From Candidatus Rokuibacteriota bacterium (lineage in GTDB: Bacteria; JAUVQV01; DATDCY01), in the NCBI GenBank assembly GCA_031406795.1, contig JANOHV010000218.1, forward strand, positions 1 to 36,764: a DNA stretch of 36,764 bases, written 5' to 3'. This document shows, piece by piece, positions 25,402 to 35,268 of this stretch (position 1 is its first letter; the number at the start of each line of letters is the position of its first letter). Position numbers and translations under genes: made by a program. The notes beneath the pieces were generated by a model. The model saw nothing but the letters and a program-made list of their open reading frames with translations, had not been told where the DNA came from and did no database searches.

Positions 25402-27033
25402 TCAATGGGCTCCGTGCTCGTGCGTCGTGATGTCGCGGTCCTTGGTCTCCTTGAGGAAGAGGAAGCCCACGACCACCGTGATCAGCGAGACGATGATCGG
25501 GTACCAGAGGCCGTAGTAGATGTCCCCCTTCATAGCGACCATAGCCGTCGCCGTCAGCGGCAACATGCCGCCGAACCAGCCGTTGCCGATGTGGTACGGC
25601 AGCGACATCGACGTGTAGCGGATCCGGGTCGGGAAGAGCTCGACCAGGAACGCCGCGATCGGACCGTAGACCATCGTCACGTAGATCAGGAAGATGAAGA
25701 GGATGAGCAGGGTCATCGGGTAGTTGATCTTGCTCTTGTCGGCGGCGGCAGGATACCCCTTGGCCTTCAGGGTTTCCTTGACCAGGGCGTCATTGAAGCC
25801 CTCGATCTTGACGTCGTTGATCTGGGTAGTGACCTTCGTGCCCGCCGGGGCGTCGATGGCCGTGAAGTTCAGACCCAGCTTCGTCAGGGAGTCCTTCGTC
25901 TTGTCGCACTCCGTGAACTTGCTCCACGGCCCGACGAAGAGGTGGAACTGACAGTCGTTCGGGTCGGCGGTGACGGAGATCTGCGTGTTCTTATGGAAGG
26001 CCTCGAGGTCCGGGTTGACGTAGTGGGTCAGCGCCCCGAACAGCGGAAAGTACGTCAGCGCGGCGATCAGACAACCGGCGAGGATGATCTTGAGGCGGCC
26101 GATCTTGTCCGAGAGCCAGCCGAAGAAGATGAAGAACGGCGTGCCGAGCAGCAGCGAGGAGCCGATCAGCATGTAGGTCGTCAGGAAGTCGAGCTTGAGG
26201 GTGATCTGCATGAAGAACAGCGCGTAGAACTGCCCGGTGTACCAGACGACGCCTTGGCCCATCGTCGCGCCGAGCAGCGAGAGCAGCACGTACTTGTTGT
26301 TCGGGTAGCGCAGGAAGCTGTCGGTGAGCGGCGCCTTGGAGCCCTTGCCCTCTTCCTTCATCTTCTTGAAGAGCGGCGACTCGTGCAGCTTGAGCCGGAT
26401 CCAGATCGAGACGCCGAGCAGGACGATCGAGAGCCAGAACGGGATGCGCCAGCCCCAGGTCGCGAAGACCTCCTTGGGCAGCAGCGTGCGGGAGAGGCCG
26501 ATGACCAGCAGCGCCAGGAAGAAGCCGACCGTGGCCGTGGTCTGGATCCAGCTGGTGTTGTAGCCGCGCCGACCGTGCGCGGAGTGCTCGGCAACGTAGG
26601 TCGCCGCGCCGCCGTACTCGCCGCCGAGCGCGAGGCCCTGCAGCAGGCGCAGCGTCACGAGGATGATCGGGGCCACCCAACCGATGCTCTCGAAGGTCGG
26701 CAGCAGACCGACGCAGAAGGTCGCGAGACCCATGACGACGATGGTAACGAGGAACGTGTACTTGCGGCCGATCAGGTCGCCGATGCGGCCGAAGACCAGC
26801 GCGCCGAAGGGCCGGACGAGGAAGCCTGCCGCGTAGGTCGCGAAGGCCGACATCAGGGCCGCGGTCTCGTTCCCCTTCGGGAAGAAGAGAACGGCGAAGA
26901 ACGGGGCCAGCGTGGCGTACAGGTAGAAATCGTACCACTCGAAGACGGTACCGACCGACGAAGCAACGATAACCAGCTTTTCTTCCTGGCTGATCGGCGC
27001 TTTTGTGACTACTGCTTCTGTTGCTACGGCCAT
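25402..27033 (-). CDS. MFS metabolite:H+ symporter (MHS family, long form with periplasmic insertion)
   Basis: GTVFEWYDF, FGRIGDLIGRK, RLLQGLALGGEYGGA, WGWRIPF, ELFPTRIRYT. SD AAGGAGG. Confidence 0.93.
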   Translation of the reverse strand: MAVATEAVVTKAPISQEEKLVIVASSVGTVFEWYDFYLYATLAPFFAVLFFPKGNETAALMSAFATYAAGFLVRPFGALVFGRIGDLIGRKYTFLVTIVVMGLATFCVGLLPTFESIGWVAPIILVTLRLLQGLALGGEYGGAATYVAEHSAHGRRGYNTSWIQTTATVGFFLALLVIGLSRTLLPKEVFATWGWRIPFWLSIVLLGVSIWIRLKLHESPLFKKMKEEGKGSKAPLTDSFLRYPNNKYVLLSLLGATMGQGVVWYTGQFYALFFMQITLKLDFLTTYMLIGSSLLLGTPFFIFFGWLSDKIGRLKIILAGCLIAALTYFPLFGALTHYVNPDLEAFHKNTQISVTADPNDCQFHLFVGPWSKFTECDKTKDSLTKLGLNFTAIDAPAGTKVTTQINDVKIEGFNDALVKETLKAKGYPAAADKSKINYPMTLLILFIFLIYVTMVYGPIAAFLVELFPTRIRYTSMSLPYHIGNGWFGGMLPLTATAMVAMKGDIYYGLWYPIIVSLITVVVGFLFLKETKDRDITTHEHGAH

Positions 27034-27231
27034 TGTGCACTACCTCCTTGTTGAGCGACCATGCCCTACATGCGACAGGGAGCGGTGTGTGTCATCGGTA
27101 ATCCGGTGGTTCTCGATGAACATGGCGTCTACTGCGGTACAGACACAGGTGCCACCAACAAACACCTCCCTCCCTGTTTGAGCCTCGAGCGTTTCATGCG
27201 CCATGTGCGGTATCATTGCTATTGCTTTGAT

Positions 27232-27247
27232 AGCAAATGCCGTGCCA
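27232..27247 (-). promoter_or_regulatory. sigma54 -24/-12 promoter for the MFS gene
   Basis: Minus strand TGGCACGGCATTTGCT, near-perfect consensus, with an AT-rich upstream region. Confidence 0.85.
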
Positions 27248-27438
27248 AATCCACGCGCAGGAATCGACAGATAATTTTGCTGCAATAACAAAGAATTGCA
27301 GATAGAACAGGATTTCACTAATGCGGCCGCTCTATCAGCAGTGAATCAAACGTAACCGCGGGTAATTACAGACAAACAATTGTTACCGATAGTAGCATCA
27401 ACCACACTCGGCGCAGAGTTCTGCCCCGAAGAGCTCCT

Positions 27439-28722
27439 CTAGTGCATCAGGCGGTACTGAACGACATAGACGGCGGCGCCAGCGAAATAGCCGACCAGGG
27501 CCAGGCCGCTGATACGCCTCACGTACCAGAAGAAGTGGATCTTCTCCAGACCCATCGCGGCGACCCCGGCCGCGGAACCGATGATCAGGATCGATCCGCC
27601 GGTGCCGGCGCAGTAGGCGATGAACTCCCAAAGGAAGGAGTCGGTCGGAAACTGCGCCAGCTCGTACATCCCCATGGAAGCGGCCACCAGCGGCACGTTG
27701 TCCACGATCGCGCTGACCAGGCCGATGATCATGACGATGATGTCCTGCCGGCCGACCGTCTTGTCGAGCATCGCGGCCAGAGAGGAGAGGATGTGGCTGT
27801 GCTCCAGGGTGGCCACCGCGAGCAGGATGCCGATGAAGAAGACGATCGAGCTCATGTCGATCCGCACCAGGGCCCGCGCCAGCGTCAGGTGCTCCTTCTC
27901 GCTGTCCTCCTTGCCGCGGTGAACCAGTTCCCCGGTCAGCCAGAGAATGCCGAGCCCGAACAGGATCCCCATGAACGGCGGCAGGTGGGTCACTGTCTTG
28001 AAGATGGGCACGGCGACCAGCGTACCGATCCCCATGAAGAACATCAGGTTGCGCTCGAAGGCAGTGCAGCTCGAGGAGTCGCCGTTCTCGACCCGGACGG
28101 GCGAGGACACCGCTCGCCCCCTGAGCAGGTAGCCGGTGATCGCCAGAGGAACAAGCAGGTTGACGATCGAGGCGAGAAAGACCGCCTTCATGATGCCGAG
28201 CGACGAGATCTGGCCGCCGATCCAGAGCATCGTCGTGGTCACGTCGCCGATCGGCGACCAGGCGCCCCCGGCGTTGGCGGCGATGACGATCATGCCGGCG
28301 AAGAAAAGCCGGTCCTCCTGCTGGTCGAGGAGCTTCTTCATCAGCGAGATCATGACGATCGTGGTGGTCAGGTTGTCCAGCACGGAGCTCAGGAAGAACG
28401 TGACGAAGCCGACCAGCCACATCAGCGAGGAGAGCTTCGTCGTCTTGATCCGGCTGGTGATGACCTCGAAGCCGTTGTGGGCGTCGACCACCTCGACAAT
28501 GGTCATCGCCCCCATCAGGAAGAACACGATCTGCGCGGTCGCGGCCAGCGATTCGTTCAACTGCTCCCCGACGAGGTGGTGGGCTCCGCTCGCCATGGCG
28601 AAGAGGGTCCAGAGCAGACCCGCGCCGATGAGCGCCGAGGCGGACTTGTTGACTCGCAGCTGATGCTCAAGGGCAATTGCAGCGTAGGCAACGACGAAGA
28701 CAGCGACCAGCGCGGTGACCAT
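27439..28722 (-). CDS. nhaD: NhaD-family Na+/H+ antiporter
   Basis: FFLMGAMTIVEVVDAHNGF, LDNLTTTIV, ANAGGAWSPIGDVTTTMLW, SAIVDNVPLVAA, GTGGSILIIGSAAGV. Confidence 0.92.
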   Translation of the reverse strand: MVTALVAVFVVAYAAIALEHQLRVNKSASALIGAGLLWTLFAMASGAHHLVGEQLNESLAATAQIVFFLMGAMTIVEVVDAHNGFEVITSRIKTTKLSSLMWLVGFVTFFLSSVLDNLTTTIVMISLMKKLLDQQEDRLFFAGMIVIAANAGGAWSPIGDVTTTMLWIGGQISSLGIMKAVFLASIVNLLVPLAITGYLLRGRAVSSPVRVENGDSSSCTAFERNLMFFMGIGTLVAVPIFKTVTHLPPFMGILFGLGILWLTGELVHRGKEDSEKEHLTLARALVRIDMSSIVFFIGILLAVATLEHSHILSSLAAMLDKTVGRQDIIVMIIGLVSAIVDNVPLVAASMGMYELAQFPTDSFLWEFIAYCAGTGGSILIIGSAAGVAAMGLEKIHFFWYVRRISGLALVGYFAGAAVYVVQYRLMH

Positions 28723-28769
28723 GCCCCCCCTACGCGACTTCGCGGAAGATCTTCTCCACGTCTGCCGCA

Positions 28770-28848
28770 AACATACAGGTCGTATTTCTTGCCTGTCAAG
28801 TTGCGGCACGACGGCTTTCTTGACACTTCCCCGGGGCCGGGGGAGAAT
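28770..28848. promoter_or_regulatory. Back-to-back sigma70-type promoters
   Basis: Minus strand: TTGACA (28799-28794), 18 bp, TATGTT toward nhaD. Plus strand: TTGACA (28820-28825), 17 bp, GAGAAT (28843-28848), 8 nt before ATG 28857. Confidence 0.55.
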
Positions 28849-28856
28849 GCGCCGCA

Positions 28857-29060
28857 ATGGGAAACGATCTCGCCGGGTTCCTCCGTTCGCTGACGGCCGC
28901 CAGCGCGTTTCGTCTTGTCCTGACTGTCGCCCTGACCACCGGGAGCGTGCTGCTGGCCTATCGGGACGCGGTGACCCCGGTCCTGCTGGTCGCGTGCAAC
29001 GCCTTCACGATCGCCGGGACCATTTACATGGAGTACCGGAACTACCTGGCGCGGCGGTGA
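28857..29060 (+). CDS. Small two-helix membrane protein (67 aa), probably leaderless
   Basis: Two hydrophobic segments, GC3-rich codons, promoter immediately upstream; fills the gap before the CDP-alcohol transferase. Confidence 0.55.
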   Translation: MGNDLAGFLRSLTAASAFRLVLTVALTTGSVLLAYRDAVTPVLLVACNAFTIAGTIYMEYRNYLARR

Positions 29061-29082
29061 GAGCTGCCGTGCGGACGAGCCG

Positions 29083-29772
29083 ATGACCGCACCTTCTGCG
29101 GCCCCTGGCGGCTTCGACTTCGACGCGGCCCAGAAGACGCAGCGTTCCGCGTTCATGGCGAGCATCGGTTTCGTCGACCGCCAGGTGAACCGTCGCGCGG
29201 CGGCGCTGCTGGTCAAGGCCGTCTACCGCACGAGCATCACGCCAAACCAGCTGACCTGGGTCTCGGCCGTCTTCGGCTGGGCCGCCGGCGGACTGTTCGC
29301 CCAAGGCGAGACGACCGCCTTCGTCCTGGCCGGTGTCGCCGCGCAACTTTCCTCGATCATCGACGGCGCCGACGGGATGCTGGCCCGCGCAAAGGGACTG
29401 AGTTCGCCGTTCGGGTCGCACCTGGACCTTTTCCTGGACCGCGTCATCGACTTCGCCATCTTCGCGGGGATCGCGGTGGGGGCGAGCCGGCACTTCCAGG
29501 CGCCGCACCTGCTCGCGCTGGGGCTCCTGGCAACGGGCCTCTACCAGCTCCAGATCATTCTCTTCTACCTGACGAAGAGCTACCTGAAGTCCGAAGAGCG
29601 TGGCGACACCGGCGAAGCGCGGGCGGTGCTCTACTGGCTGGTGCTGATCTTCGCCGTGACGAGCCGGCTGGACTTCTTCATCTACCTGCTGCTTGCCGAG
29701 ACGGTCGTTCTCGTCACCTTCCGGCTGGGGTACTTCGTCAGCCTCGGCAGCCGGGAGCCCGGGAGATCCTGA
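29083..29772 (+). CDS. CDP-alcohol phosphatidyltransferase family protein
   Basis: ITPNQLT and the signature DGADGMLAR..(8)..GSHLDLFLD. Confidence 0.92.
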   Translation: MTAPSAAPGGFDFDAAQKTQRSAFMASIGFVDRQVNRRAAALLVKAVYRTSITPNQLTWVSAVFGWAAGGLFAQGETTAFVLAGVAAQLSSIIDGADGMLARAKGLSSPFGSHLDLFLDRVIDFAIFAGIAVGASRHFQAPHLLALGLLATGLYQLQIILFYLTKSYLKSEERGDTGEARAVLYWLVLIFAVTSRLDFFIYLLLAETVVLVTFRLGYFVSLGSREPGRS

Positions 29773-29781
29773 GGCTCGCAA

Positions 29782-31365
29782 TCACAGGCGGTAAGTGACC
29801 CCGACGGAGTAGCGCGACTCCGTCCCCCGGCTGACCGTGTCCCGGATGGCACCACGACGACTTGACCAGCCGGCCGACGCCTCCACGGCCAGGGGCGTTC
29901 CGGGAATGGGCACCCCGAGATTGGCGTCGACCCGGAACCAGGTGTCCGCAGCGTGCACGTCGCCGGCGAGCTTGTCCTCGAATCGATCGAGACCCTCGAT
30001 CGATTCGTGATAGTGCAGAGCGGCCGCCGTGCCGATCGTCACTGGGCCGGCGCTGACTTCGACCCGGGCCTTGATGCTCGCCCCGTAGCCGTAGTAGTAG
30101 CCGTCGTAGAGCAGCGTGGTCTTCACGCCGGCGATGTCGCGATCCGCCGAGTAGTCGTTCAGAGCGTAAGCGTTGACGATCGCGAAGTCCGGATAGGCCT
30201 CCAGCGCCCAGGTGACGCCGAGCGCCGCGCCGCGCCAGTACCCCTCGTACACCGGCCCGAAGAGATGGACGATCGAATACTTGTCGCGGAAGTCCCGGGG
30301 CTCTTCCAGGTGCAGATCGGCTCCGGGGAGGACCTTGACTTTCCCGGCATCGTAGTCGGTGACCGGCGCCTTGCGAAGAAGCGTGAACGCGGAGCCGAAG
30401 CCGAGGATCGAGGCGCTGCCCCGGCCGTCCTCCCGCACCCGGCGCTCGAGCTGGCCGTAGAAGACCGCCCGGCTGAAGACGTCGAACTCCCGGACCGTTT
30501 CGCCATCGAGGCCCGCGCTGAGATTGAGGGTGCTCGAGAGCACCTCCCACCCCCGCCGGCTCTCGCTTCCCGGCGCGGTGAACCCGGGGGCGAGCGCCAG
30601 CCGCGAGCGCAGTCCGACGGTCGCGAAGCCGCCGGTGTCGGAGGCGTAGTGCGAGTCGACGCTCGCGGCGCCGAGCGAGAGATAGACGCCGTACCCGGGC
30701 AGCGTCTGGCGGTCGGTGGGGAGGGGACGGGAGGCGGGGTCGAGCAGCGCGTGCAGTCCCAGCACCGGGTGGATGAAGCCAAGAGTTCGCGCCACCGGAC
30801 CTGGCCGGGTGATGAGATAGCGCGAGAGCTGATACCAGGGTTCGCCGATGGAGAGCCCGCCGAACACCGACATGAACATGTCGTTGACGGAGACGACTTC
30901 CCGCCATTCGACGATGAGCTCCCAGTAGAGGGACGCGAATGTCGAGAGCAGGAATGAATCCTTCACCCCGAGGTTGTTGGCCCGCCCCAGCGAGTAGTAC
31001 ACGCCGCCGGCGGGGGCGTGGGTCCAGTTGGTCTTGAAGCCGTTGGAGTCGAAACGCACTCCCTCGAGTTCCAGCAGCCTTCTCTTCTGGTCCTCCCCCG
31101 TGAGTTCGAATTGCCAGTCCTCGACGAAGCCGGCAGCGACCCAGTAGCGGATGTTCTCGTACAGCAGGACCGTGGAGAACTCCAGCAGGGCCCGCTGTCC
31201 CTGAGGAGACGGCGCGCTCTGGGCGGTGGCCGGTGGGCGGTAGACGAGCTGCACCTCCCGGCCGACGTCTACGTCCACGTCTGCGGCGGGGGCGGCCGCG
31301 CAGGGGACTGCGGCGGCAGCAAGCCCCAGCGCAGCCGCGCCGAGGAGAGCGGCCGCAGGCCTCAT
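29782..31365 (-). CDS. DUF3943-domain outer-membrane protein
   Basis: SD GGAGG and ATG 31365; Ala-rich signal peptide; NWTHAPAGGVYYSLGR..S..WE...E..SVND..GG..IGE; amphipathic beta C-terminus YSVGVTYRL. Confidence 0.7.
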   Translation of the reverse strand: MRPAAALLGAAALGLAAAAVPCAAAPAADVDVDVGREVQLVYRPPATAQSAPSPQGQRALLEFSTVLLYENIRYWVAAGFVEDWQFELTGEDQKRRLLELEGVRFDSNGFKTNWTHAPAGGVYYSLGRANNLGVKDSFLLSTFASLYWELIVEWREVVSVNDMFMSVFGGLSIGEPWYQLSRYLITRPGPVARTLGFIHPVLGLHALLDPASRPLPTDRQTLPGYGVYLSLGAASVDSHYASDTGGFATVGLRSRLALAPGFTAPGSESRRGWEVLSSTLNLSAGLDGETVREFDVFSRAVFYGQLERRVREDGRGSASILGFGSAFTLLRKAPVTDYDAGKVKVLPGADLHLEEPRDFRDKYSIVHLFGPVYEGYWRGAALGVTWALEAYPDFAIVNAYALNDYSADRDIAGVKTTLLYDGYYYGYGASIKARVEVSAGPVTIGTAAALHYHESIEGLDRFEDKLAGDVHAADTWFRVDANLGVPIPGTPLAVEASAGWSSRRGAIRDTVSRGTESRYSVGVTYRL

Positions 31366-31409
31366 CCGCCTCCGCCACACGGCGACCGGATCCCCGGACA
31401 GCGCCGCAG

Positions 31410-32423
31410 TCACGGGGCAGTTTCGAATGCCGCGGCGCACGCACCCTGCGCCGCCCGCGGTTCGTGATAGCGGTTGAACAGCCGGTTGCCCAGCGGCACC
31501 AGCACGGCCACGGCCACCAGGCCGGCCAGCACGTCGATCACATAGTGATAGCGGCAGTAGATGGTCGAGAGGCAGAGCAGAACCACCATGACCAGGTGGA
31601 GGTAGCGGATGCGCAGCCGGTAGCGAAAGGAGAACCAGAGAGTGCAGATCGACGCCGCCACGTGACTGCTCGGCAGGGCCGCGCCGGGCGCCTCGAACAC
31701 GTCATAGATCAGGGCCATGATGCGGAAGAACGGGCCGCGGGTCACCTGCGGCGGAAAGGAAAGCAGCTCCGGCGCGACGAGCGCCAGGATGTCGGGGGGG
31801 AGCGTGAAGCCGCCGAGACTGCGGGAGAACAGCCGCGGCCCGATCACGGGCAGAAAGATGTAGATCAGGTAGCAGACATAGAACACGAAGGAGAGCACGC
31901 TCACGTAATGGAAGAATGCCTCGCGGCGGCGCAAGAACAACGCGATCCCGACCCCCGCGATCATCACGTAGTAGGAGAAGTAGGCGGCGTAGAACATCTC
32001 GCTCACCGGCAGCCAGGGCAGGCTGGCCATGAACTGCATGCTCGGCTGGAAGCCGAAGAGCGCCTGCTCCCAGCGGATGACCACCGGGTCCAGGCAGCCG
32101 GAGACGAACATCTGGCTGAGCATGCCGGACTCGCGGTAGAATGCCGCATACAGCAGGACTGGGTAGAAGTGGCGCAGAAAATCGACGACGCCCCCGCCTC
32201 TGCCGCGTTCGCCGGCGCGGACCAGCAGATGAACCAGCAGCAGGACTGCGGCGTGCGCCACGATCAGCCAGCCCCAGCCCGGCACCGTCTGGTTGTGGAA
32301 GAGCAGGACGAGCAGCCCCACCACCAGGATGTAGCCCTGGGTCACGTAATCGATGAATAGGTAGTGCTTGATCATGGTTTCGGCCTGGCTGCTCCATAAC
32401 GCCTCTGCTGCTCGGGCGCTCAT
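31410..32423 (-). CDS. PAP2-superfamily, Aur1/inositol-phosphorylceramide-synthase-like membrane phosphotransferase
   Basis: IFLPVIGPR, AALPSSHVA, RYHYVIDVLAG; multiple TM helices. Start could be 32375. Confidence 0.85.
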   Translation of the reverse strand: MSARAAEALWSSQAETMIKHYLFIDYVTQGYILVVGLLVLLFHNQTVPGWGWLIVAHAAVLLLVHLLVRAGERGRGGGVVDFLRHFYPVLLYAAFYRESGMLSQMFVSGCLDPVVIRWEQALFGFQPSMQFMASLPWLPVSEMFYAAYFSYYVMIAGVGIALFLRRREAFFHYVSVLSFVFYVCYLIYIFLPVIGPRLFSRSLGGFTLPPDILALVAPELLSFPPQVTRGPFFRIMALIYDVFEAPGAALPSSHVAASICTLWFSFRYRLRIRYLHLVMVVLLCLSTIYCRYHYVIDVLAGLVAVAVLVPLGNRLFNRYHEPRAAQGACAAAFETAP

Positions 32424-32478
32424 TGCTGCGGTTACTCCCGGCTCACGGGAGCGTGATTTTCAGGCCTTGGGCCATCCG

Positions 32479-32709
32479 TGTCAAGCTCTTGCGGACGACC
32501 CAGATCCGCGCGTACGCGCGGATCCAGCAGGAGAGGAGACATTTCAACCGCCGAAAAAGCAGGATTTCTTGCAGGTAGCACGGTGTGCCAGAGGTCAAGC
32601 ATCCCTTGCGATTAGATATGAGCAACGACTTGGATGAACCGGACCAGGTGACAAGCCTGACTCTCCTGATCCGCGCGTTACGCGCGGATTTGGGGACGCC
32701 GCTTTGACA
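32479..32709. repeat. ~230-bp element bounded by imperfect inverted repeats, each with a long palindrome and an outward-facing TTGACA
   Basis: GATCCGCGCGTACGCGCGGATC (32503-32524) and ATCCGCGCGT-T-ACGCGCGGAT (32669-32689). Flanks are also inverted: CAGGAGAG/CTCTCCTG and TGTCAA..GCGG/CCGC..TTGACA. Confidence 0.65.
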
Positions 32710-32780
32710 AACTTCCGCCCTTGCCCGTAGAATCGCCGCCATCGCGATCGAAAACCCACGGATGGGCAACCCGACGGAAC

Positions 32781-33998
32781 ATGAGAATCCTCTACAGCTA
32801 CGACCGGCCGCTGCCCAACACCGGCGCCGACGCCGAGCAGGTGGTCAACACGCTCTCGTCGCTGGCGCGCCGTGGCCACCGCACCGCGCTGCTGATACCC
32901 GGCCCCGTGGGCGGCCCCGGCGACGCCGAGGCGATCCGCGCCTATTTTCAGGTGAGCGGCGATCTCGCGGTCCACGTGCTCAGGTGGCGCTACCACCGGA
33001 TTCGCGCGCTCGAGAAGTGGTCGCATGCATTTCGGGCTCCGCGGCACGCCGCGGTCGCCGCTGCGGATCTGGTCTACACGCGTAATCTTCCCGGCGCGTG
33101 GAGCTTTCTCCGCGCCGGCCGGCGGGTGGTGTACGAACACTTTCGCCCCTGGGGCGACCAGTTCCCGCCGCTGCAACCGTTCTTGCGGGGCATCCTCCGG
33201 CACCCGAACCTGGCCGGCGCGATTTTCCACTCCCGCCACTGCCTCGAGAGCTACCGCCGCATCGGCGTGCCCGGAGAACGGCTGCTCGTCGCCCACAACG
33301 GCTGGGACCCCGGCCGGATCGATCCGCGGCTCACCCGCGCCGAAGCGCGGTCGCGGCTCGGCCTGGAGCCGAATCGCTTCACCGTCGTCTACAGCGGCCG
33401 GCTGAACACCCGCAAGGGGCTCGACATCATTCTCGCGGCCGCGCGCGAGGCCCCGGAGATCGCCTTCGTACTCGTTGGATCCGAGGGCGAGGGGCCGATC
33501 GAAGCGCACGCGAAGACGCTCGCCAACGTGCGCGTCGTCGGGTGGCAGAAGTTCAAGGACATCTCGCCCTGGCTCCACGCCGCCGACGTGCTGGTGCTCC
33601 CGCCGAGCCTCGAGCCGCTCCAGAAGCACGGCAACACGGTGCTGCCGATCAAACTCTTTCTCTACCTCGCCGCGGGGCGCGTCGTTCTCGCCCCGATCGC
33701 GCCCGACACCGCGGAGCTTCTCACCGACGAGGTGAACGCCGCCCTCGTGCCGGCCGGCGATCTGGCGGCAACGATTCGGACGTTGCGCGCACTCGCGGCC
33801 GACCCGGCGCGGGCGGCGCGGCTGGCCGCCGGCGCGCTGCGCACAGCGCAGGGGTTGACCTGGGACGCGCGGGCCGCGCGGATCGAGCGCTTCCTGCTGG
33901 AGCGCCTCGCGGCCGCACCAGAGGTTCGCCCGGCCGCCGATCCGTGGACGGCGCGCTGCTGGGCGGGGGAGGTCGGGCGCTGGCTGCTTCGCCGCTGA
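32781..33998 (+). CDS. Glycosyltransferase family 4 (GT-B)
   Basis: MRILY start, YSGRLNTRKG, AADVLVLPP, PIKLFLYLAAG. Promoter TTGACA-18-TAGAAT at 32704-32733. Confidence 0.85.
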   Translation: MRILYSYDRPLPNTGADAEQVVNTLSSLARRGHRTALLIPGPVGGPGDAEAIRAYFQVSGDLAVHVLRWRYHRIRALEKWSHAFRAPRHAAVAAADLVYTRNLPGAWSFLRAGRRVVYEHFRPWGDQFPPLQPFLRGILRHPNLAGAIFHSRHCLESYRRIGVPGERLLVAHNGWDPGRIDPRLTRAEARSRLGLEPNRFTVVYSGRLNTRKGLDIILAAAREAPEIAFVLVGSEGEGPIEAHAKTLANVRVVGWQKFKDISPWLHAADVLVLPPSLEPLQKHGNTVLPIKLFLYLAAGRVVLAPIAPDTAELLTDEVNAALVPAGDLAATIRTLRALAADPARAARLAAGALRTAQGLTWDARAARIERFLLERLAAAPEVRPAADPWTARCWAGEVGRWLLRR

Positions 33999-34075
33999 CG
34001 GTCGGGATAGCCGGCGGCCGCGAAGCTGCTGCCGGGAGCGGCCGGTCTTCGCTCACGGCGAAGAACGGGACCGGC

Positions 34076-35266
34076 TTGACCGAACCGCGCCGCGATCCCG
34101 ACGGCAAGCCATCCGCCGCGCTGTGGCGAAATAATTTTCTCCCGTATTCGGAAACCTTCATCCATGACCAGCTCCGCTTCCATGAACGCTACCGCGCCGT
34201 CGTCTTCTGCCGCCTGCGGCTCAACGCGGAGCTCTTTCCCCACGAACCGACCGTTGCGCTCGAAGAGATCCCGCGCGGCGGCTCGAAGCTCGCAGCGCTG
34301 GGGTACGGCCTGTTCGGCGTGTCGCCCCGCTTCGACCGCGAGCTTGAACGATACCGCGTGAAGATCTGCCACGCCCACTTCGGCCACAACGGCGCATTCG
34401 CGCTGCCCTTCGCGAAGCGGCATCGCCTGCCGCTCGTCGTCTCGCTGCACGCGCACGACGTCACGGTGCTCGGCAGCACGGAGCGGTTCCGGCCGGCCTG
34501 GTGGCGGTACACGCTGCGGCTCAAAGCGTTGTTCGACTACACCGCGGCGTTCCTCGCCACATCGGCCGAGATCAGGGAGCTGATCGTTGCCGCTGGTTGC
34601 CCGCCCGCGAAGGTCCGCGTCCACCACCTGGGGATCGACCTCGACCAGTTCGCACCGCGAACCCGGCGGACCGAAGGCGACAGCGCGCCTCTCGTCGTCA
34701 TGGTCGGGCGCTTCGTCGAGAAGAAGGGGCACGAGTACGGACTGCGCGCCTTCGCCGCGGCCCGGCGCCGCGGGCTGAACCCGCGTCTGGTGATCGCCGG
34801 CGACGGGCCGCTCAGAGACCGCTACGAGCGGCTCATCGCCGAACTCGGGCTCGGCGGATCGGTCGAGCTCCCCGGCGCCCTCCGCCACGAACAGATCCGC
34901 GCCCTGCTCGCCGCCGCCGCCGTCGTCCTGACGCCGAGCGTCGTCGCGCGAACGGGGGACCGCGAGGGCGGACTCACGTTCGCGAAAGAGGCGTCCGCCT
35001 GTGCGGTCCCGGTCGTCGGCACGCACCACGGCGGAATTCGAGAAATCATCGACGACGGCGTGACCGGGTACCTCGTCGCGGAGCGCGACGCCGAAGCGCT
35101 CGGCGAGCGCTTGTGCGCGATTCTTCAGAACCCGACGCTCGGAAATCGCCTCGGAGCCGCCGCGCGAGCGAAGATGGAGCGGGAGTACGATATCGTGAAG
35201 CAGATGCGGGAGCTCGAGGCGATCTATGACGAGGTGATCGCCGCCCGCCGGTGTAATCTCCCCTGA
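34076..35266 (+). CDS. Glycosyltransferase family 4 (WcaL-like)
   Basis: Probable TTG start at 34076 within track ORF 33098-35266. LPYSETFI, HAHFG, VGRFVEKKG, GDREGGLTFAKEA (Ex7E), HGGIREII. Confidence 0.88.
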   Translation: MTEPRRDPDGKPSAALWRNNFLPYSETFIHDQLRFHERYRAVVFCRLRLNAELFPHEPTVALEEIPRGGSKLAALGYGLFGVSPRFDRELERYRVKICHAHFGHNGAFALPFAKRHRLPLVVSLHAHDVTVLGSTERFRPAWWRYTLRLKALFDYTAAFLATSAEIRELIVAAGCPPAKVRVHHLGIDLDQFAPRTRRTEGDSAPLVVMVGRFVEKKGHEYGLRAFAAARRRGLNPRLVIAGDGPLRDRYERLIAELGLGGSVELPGALRHEQIRALLAAAAVVLTPSVVARTGDREGGLTFAKEASACAVPVVGTHHGGIREIIDDGVTGYLVAERDAEALGERLCAILQNPTLGNRLGAAARAKMEREYDIVKQMRELEAIYDEVIAARRCNLP

Positions 35267-35268
35267 CC

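Noticed and set aside
32574-32591. sigma54-like TGGCAC on the minus strand inside the symmetric element
   Set aside because: GG-to-GC spacing is wrong (N8 rather than N10).
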